A stretch of 64,000 bases of DNA from positions 1-64,000 of the forward strand of contig NJBI01000010.1 of the NCBI GenBank assembly GCA_005222975.1, given 5' to 3'. Shown here piece after piece: positions 60,182-64,000 of this stretch; the first letter of the stretch is position 1, and each line of letters starts with the position of its first letter. This DNA comes from Promethearchaeota archaeon Loki_b31 (GTDB taxonomy: Archaea > Asgardarchaeota > Lokiarchaeia > Sigyniarchaeales > SOKP01). The translations under genes were made by a program, and so were the position numbers. The notes below the pieces were generated by a model, which had not been told where the DNA came from, did no database searches, and saw nothing but the letters and a program-made list of their open reading frames with translations.

Positions 60182-61285
60182 ATGCCTGTCGGATTAGTTG
60201 TAATGAAATGGGATGAACGAGTCGGTACTGAAATCCTAGCGAAGTATCCCGAAGAAATCGTAATCACAGATAAAACTCTTATGCAGGTGTACAGCACGCA
60301 CGAGTACAGTGGGGAATCGGGGATGATTAGTTTAATGGTTGGTTCATTAAACATTGCTTCATATTACACGGGACCAGAAAAAGGGTATTATATACTCTTA
60401 CTTTTAAACCTGGACGATGATCCTGATGCGTACGAAGGAGGCTTAATCGATACATCAAAAATCATTTTACAAAATCTTGAGGACGGTGCTTTTATACAAT
60501 TAGTTCCTTCATTATTTAGGAGGGTATCTATGTATCCAACCTTAAACGAAGAGCAGCGATTAGCAATTACGTATCAAGACGACATAAAACGAATGATTAT
60601 CAACCGTTTAAGGGAAGAAGGCGTAGTTTCAAAATCAGAGTTAATGATTTGGCTAAAAGATAGATATAAACAAGATTTTGTTGATTTAGAAGGAGTTGTC
60701 ATAGAACTCATTAAAAGAGACATCATAAAAGAAACATCAGTGAAGGGGATGCCTTCAGAATTAATCTTTCTAACAAACGATTTAATAATGATGCGCGTTC
60801 CAGCAATCCAACTTTTCAAGGATCCAAGCGATAGGGGCTTACCTTCCCAACTTAGCGATGATTACACAACAGAATCCAAGAAATTTTTTCAAAACTATCG
60901 TCCTTCAGAACAAGACAACCTAAAAGTTATAGAAATTCTCGTAAACCCTCAAGCCTACGAAGTATTGAGATTACTGAGGACCGCTATTGTTACTAAAAAC
61001 GATCTTGAAAAACTGAAAAAGAAAGGAGTCGAAGACATAGATGATGTTTTGAAATCTCTATGGGAAAATCAGATGATTCAGGTTTTCCGAGACGATAGGA
61101 ACAACGAATACTACGCTCTTATTTCTGACTTTCACATAGCTTTAATATTTCCAAAATATTTATTGAATGTTATTAAAGCGGAATACGATAAAAAATCCAA
61201 AGCCGATCAAGTGCTAATAGAATATCTAAATGTTCTTGAAAATACGTTTTTAAATTTAAAATCAGCCACAAAATCAAAAGAATAA
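60182..61285 (+). CDS. Asgard-type hypothetical protein with longin/uDENN-like N-terminus
   Basis: GLVVMKWDERVGTEILAKYP N-terminal pattern; YYILLLL..DDDP; helical C-terminus. Confidence 0.55.
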   Translation: MPVGLVVMKWDERVGTEILAKYPEEIVITDKTLMQVYSTHEYSGESGMISLMVGSLNIASYYTGPEKGYYILLLLNLDDDPDAYEGGLIDTSKIILQNLEDGAFIQLVPSLFRRVSMYPTLNEEQRLAITYQDDIKRMIINRLREEGVVSKSELMIWLKDRYKQDFVDLEGVVIELIKRDIIKETSVKGMPSELIFLTNDLIMMRVPAIQLFKDPSDRGLPSQLSDDYTTESKKFFQNYRPSEQDNLKVIEILVNPQAYEVLRLLRTAIVTKNDLEKLKKKGVEDIDDVLKSLWENQMIQVFRDDRNNEYYALISDFHIALIFPKYLLNVIKAEYDKKSKADQVLIEYLNVLENTFLNLKSATKSKE

Positions 61286-61667
61286 TTTTCGTAAATTTTT
61301 TTTTTTTTTTAATCTATTTAGTTTTAATGGGCAAAATTTTACTTACTAGAAGGATGTACTCACACCAGTTTCAATAGCACAGTCTGAAAATTTTAAGGTA
61401 AACAAATCTGCTCTTGGTTGTTCAGATAAATATATAATTAAAAAAAACTATATTAGATTATTTTACTAAAGATGGGAGAGTTTAAGTAATGAAATGAATT
61501 TATAAGGCATTAATTTTCTATTACAATTATTATGTCAGAGTAATATTTAGAATTGTTTTATATTAGGGAAAAATTAAATATGAGATACTTGATCATTATT
61601 TTAATAATAAAAATTCTCGAAGAATTTTTAATACTTTATAACAAAAAGCATAAAATAGGTAATCTTA

Positions 61668-64000
61668 ATGAATAGAATTAAAAGCAAAAAGACTCAATTA
61701 AAGACATTATTAATGTTATTGATTTTGGGATTTACAACTATTTATATTAATTATGCTATGTTTACCATGACTAATTCAGATGTTTCTAATGAACCCGATA
61801 ATGACATAAACATGCCAAAAACAAATGAAGTTAGCCTTTCTGATTGGTGGAATGCATCATTCTTTTACAGAAAGCTTATTAATATTACGAATCCTAATGC
61901 TGTAGATTTAACTGATTTTACCACCTATATTACTTTCAATTATACCGATTTAGTTTCTCAAGGGCATATGAATTCAAGTTTGTATGACATAAGAATAGTG
62001 GAAAATGGTATTTTGAGAAATTATTATTACAGAATTGATTATCCTAATACTGATTACGCTACAGTATGGTTCAAGACAAACTGTTCTTCAAGTGCTACTG
62101 AATATGATACCTTCCTATATTATGGAAACAATTCAGTTGGATGTGCTGAAAGTTATTATATGTCACAGGATCCTGAAGGGCTAATTTGGTATTCTTTTGA
62201 AAATGATAATACTGGAGTTATTGTTGATAAATTAGCAAATTATAATGCTACAACATATAATAATCCGGGTCATACTGATGGAAAGGTGGGAGATTATTCA
62301 CTCAGTTTTAACGGGAATACTCAGTATTTGGGAATACAAGGAAAAAATTATAATACTGTTGGTGCTCTTGGTGAATTAACTATAGGTTTATGGTTTCAAA
62401 CTTCATACAACGTAGGATCTTGGACTAATAATTGGGCATTCTTTGATTACGATCGTTCAGAATATTTTAATTTTTTTATACGACCAGATACAGGACAACT
62501 AGGATTCTCCACCTCTAGAAGTGGTATTGACGATTTTTATAGTGCTACTGGCGGATTTAATGATGGAGAATGGCATTATGCTGTAGCAGTGTATGATGGT
62601 ACAAATAAATATATTTATATTGATCCATCCACAGGCCAACCAGATAACACAGATTTGGATTCTCACTCTGGATTAGCAATTGGGACAGGGACATCCCGAT
62701 ACGGAATAATTGGAGACGGTTCTGAAGCAACTAGTGTGGGTACTCCCAGAAATAACATTTATTATCAAGGATTAATGGATGAGATTAGATATTATGAGCG
62801 TGCTTTAGCTGGCCAAGAAATAGAATGGCTATTTAAGGATTATAAGTTATCAGCTTCCTTAAATGAAGAACAGCAACAATTAGCTCAAGTGATTTTCACT
62901 TGTTATGATGTTGATGGCAGGATTGTCCCTAATGCAGAAATCTCTTTAATTAACGGTACCGATGGATCAATGGTGGCAATTCAAAACACATCTTCAGACG
63001 GATCAGCAAGATTCAATCAGCTAAATTATGGTTCTTATAACATTACAATAAATTATACATTAAATTCTGGAATAGAGGGTGTTGTTTATGACAGTACTCA
63101 AAGCAAATATGGTGGTCCTACTCAATATTTATTGACAGGGCTTTACCATACTTTTGATATTAATGTAGATATTTGGACCATAGATTTCGAAATTGTTGAT
63201 TGGGATAATAATCCATTAAACCACGGATATATAGAGATTAGTAATGATTCAAGTAGTCCTGTATTTGAGACATTACAACTCGATAGCGAAGGAAAAATGG
63301 TATTCCGATGGCATAATAGAGCCTCATATTATTATAAAGTCTATTATCAAAATGCAGATTATAACCCAGCTATTACACCATTAAATGCAAGTGATATTTA
63401 TAGAAATACTTACATCTCAAATCAAAAATATTATAGCCAAAGTATTAAAGTAAATGAGACAAATATCGCATCAGCTGGCTTCTTCTCTATAAAGGAAAGC
63501 ATATTTTCGGGGGGTTCTTCGACCGAGCTAAGCTATAAAAAGATTTTGAAGGCTAATATTATGTTATTAAATATGATTGACCATTTGGATTCAGTGAAGA
63601 TTTACTATATTAATAAGGAGAATAAAACTTTTACATCAATTCCAGGGGATCATCTAATTTTTCAAAATACATCATATGGAATAAGTGATACAACTGATTT
63701 CATTCAAATTGATATGAGAAATCCAACAGAATCTAGTACCCCTCTAATTAATGATAATTATGAAGTTTTTGGACTGTATTTGGAAGTGGATGGAACAAAT
63801 GCTACTCAGTGTAATGGAATAATTCAAATAGATACTCTCGAAACTCTTAATGTTTATAATAAAACAGCTCTAGCTAAAATAAATATTAGAGTAGTAGATG
63901 AACCTCCAAATAGAGTCCCCGTTCCTAGTGTAATTGTTCATGTTTTCAATGGATCGATTTCAGACTCGAATTCAGTTGTTAACTTGACTACTGATCAAGA
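61668..64000 (+). CDS. Large secreted/surface protein (DUF2341 + LamG-like + Ig-like); 3'-truncated by window, not in ORF track
   Basis: Signal-like hydrophobic N-terminus; WWNASFFYRKLINI..DIRIVE..VWF..LYYGN; DGEWHYAVAVYDG..G.MDEIRYY; many N-x-S/T sequons. Confidence 0.85.
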   Translation, partial: MNRIKSKKTQLKTLLMLLILGFTTIYINYAMFTMTNSDVSNEPDNDINMPKTNEVSLSDWWNASFFYRKLINITNPNAVDLTDFTTYITFNYTDLVSQGHMNSSLYDIRIVENGILRNYYYRIDYPNTDYATVWFKTNCSSSATEYDTFLYYGNNSVGCAESYYMSQDPEGLIWYSFENDNTGVIVDKLANYNATTYNNPGHTDGKVGDYSLSFNGNTQYLGIQGKNYNTVGALGELTIGLWFQTSYNVGSWTNNWAFFDYDRSEYFNFFIRPDTGQLGFSTSRSGIDDFYSATGGFNDGEWHYAVAVYDGTNKYIYIDPSTGQPDNTDLDSHSGLAIGTGTSRYGIIGDGSEATSVGTPRNNIYYQGLMDEIRYYERALAGQEIEWLFKDYKLSASLNEEQQQLAQVIFTCYDVDGRIVPNAEISLINGTDGSMVAIQNTSSDGSARFNQLNYGSYNITINYTLNSGIEGVVYDSTQSKYGGPTQYLLTGLYHTFDINVDIWTIDFEIVDWDNNPLNHGYIEISNDSSSPVFETLQLDSEGKMVFRWHNRASYYYKVYYQNADYNPAITPLNASDIYRNTYISNQKYYSQSIKVNETNIASAGFFSIKESIFSGGSSTELSYKKILKANIMLLNMIDHLDSVKIYYINKENKTFTSIPGDHLIFQNTSYGISDTTDFIQIDMRNPTESSTPLINDNYEVFGLYLEVDGTNATQCNGIIQIDTLETLNVYNKTALAKINIRVVDEPPNRVPVPSVIVHVFNGSISDSNSVVNLTTDQ

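Noticed and set aside
969-60819. Short antisense or overlapping ORFs in the track (e.g. 969-1193, 10516-10815, 19530-19856, 27414-27716, 41643-41969, 51110-51466)
   Set aside because: Shadows of well-supported genes, with no motifs of their own
61320-61430. Slightly GC-richer intergenic stretch, possible ncRNA
   Set aside because: Only a 5-bp stem; no clear C/D or H/ACA boxes

Overview
AT-rich archaeal DNA that looks like Lokiarchaeia (Asgard): Rab- and Rag/Arf-like GTPases, a longin-like protein, a histone, eS25, a Bud23-like methyltransferase and UGA-selenocysteine HdrA/MvhD. Bases 1 to ~19,350 form an accessory defence island. It holds a HerA/VirB4-like ATPase, McrBC, and an unusual cluster in which two divergent tRNA-guanine-transglycosylase (TGT/DpdA)-like genes bracket a PD-(D/E)xK nuclease, an HhH glycosylase-like protein, two DNA methyltransferases and a small RHH regulator, with a third methyltransferase just downstream. 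Several of these proteins end in PCNA-binding (PIP-box-like) motifs. The island abuts the 3' end of rps11, which is interrupted by a 31-nt hairpin insertion folding as a bulge-helix-bulge-like intron; removing it restores the conserved [12 protein letters not shown]-terminus. rps4, rps11 and a HIT gene appear to start at ATC/ATT. The rest is core-like: rps13-4-11, hdrA-mvhD-frhB-like (four in-frame UGA, one candidate SECIS), serS, cofC, dam-like, metabolic and transport genes, an intron-containing tRNA-Ser(CGA), and the start of a large DUF2341/LamG surface protein. All family calls come from motif recognition, not database searches.
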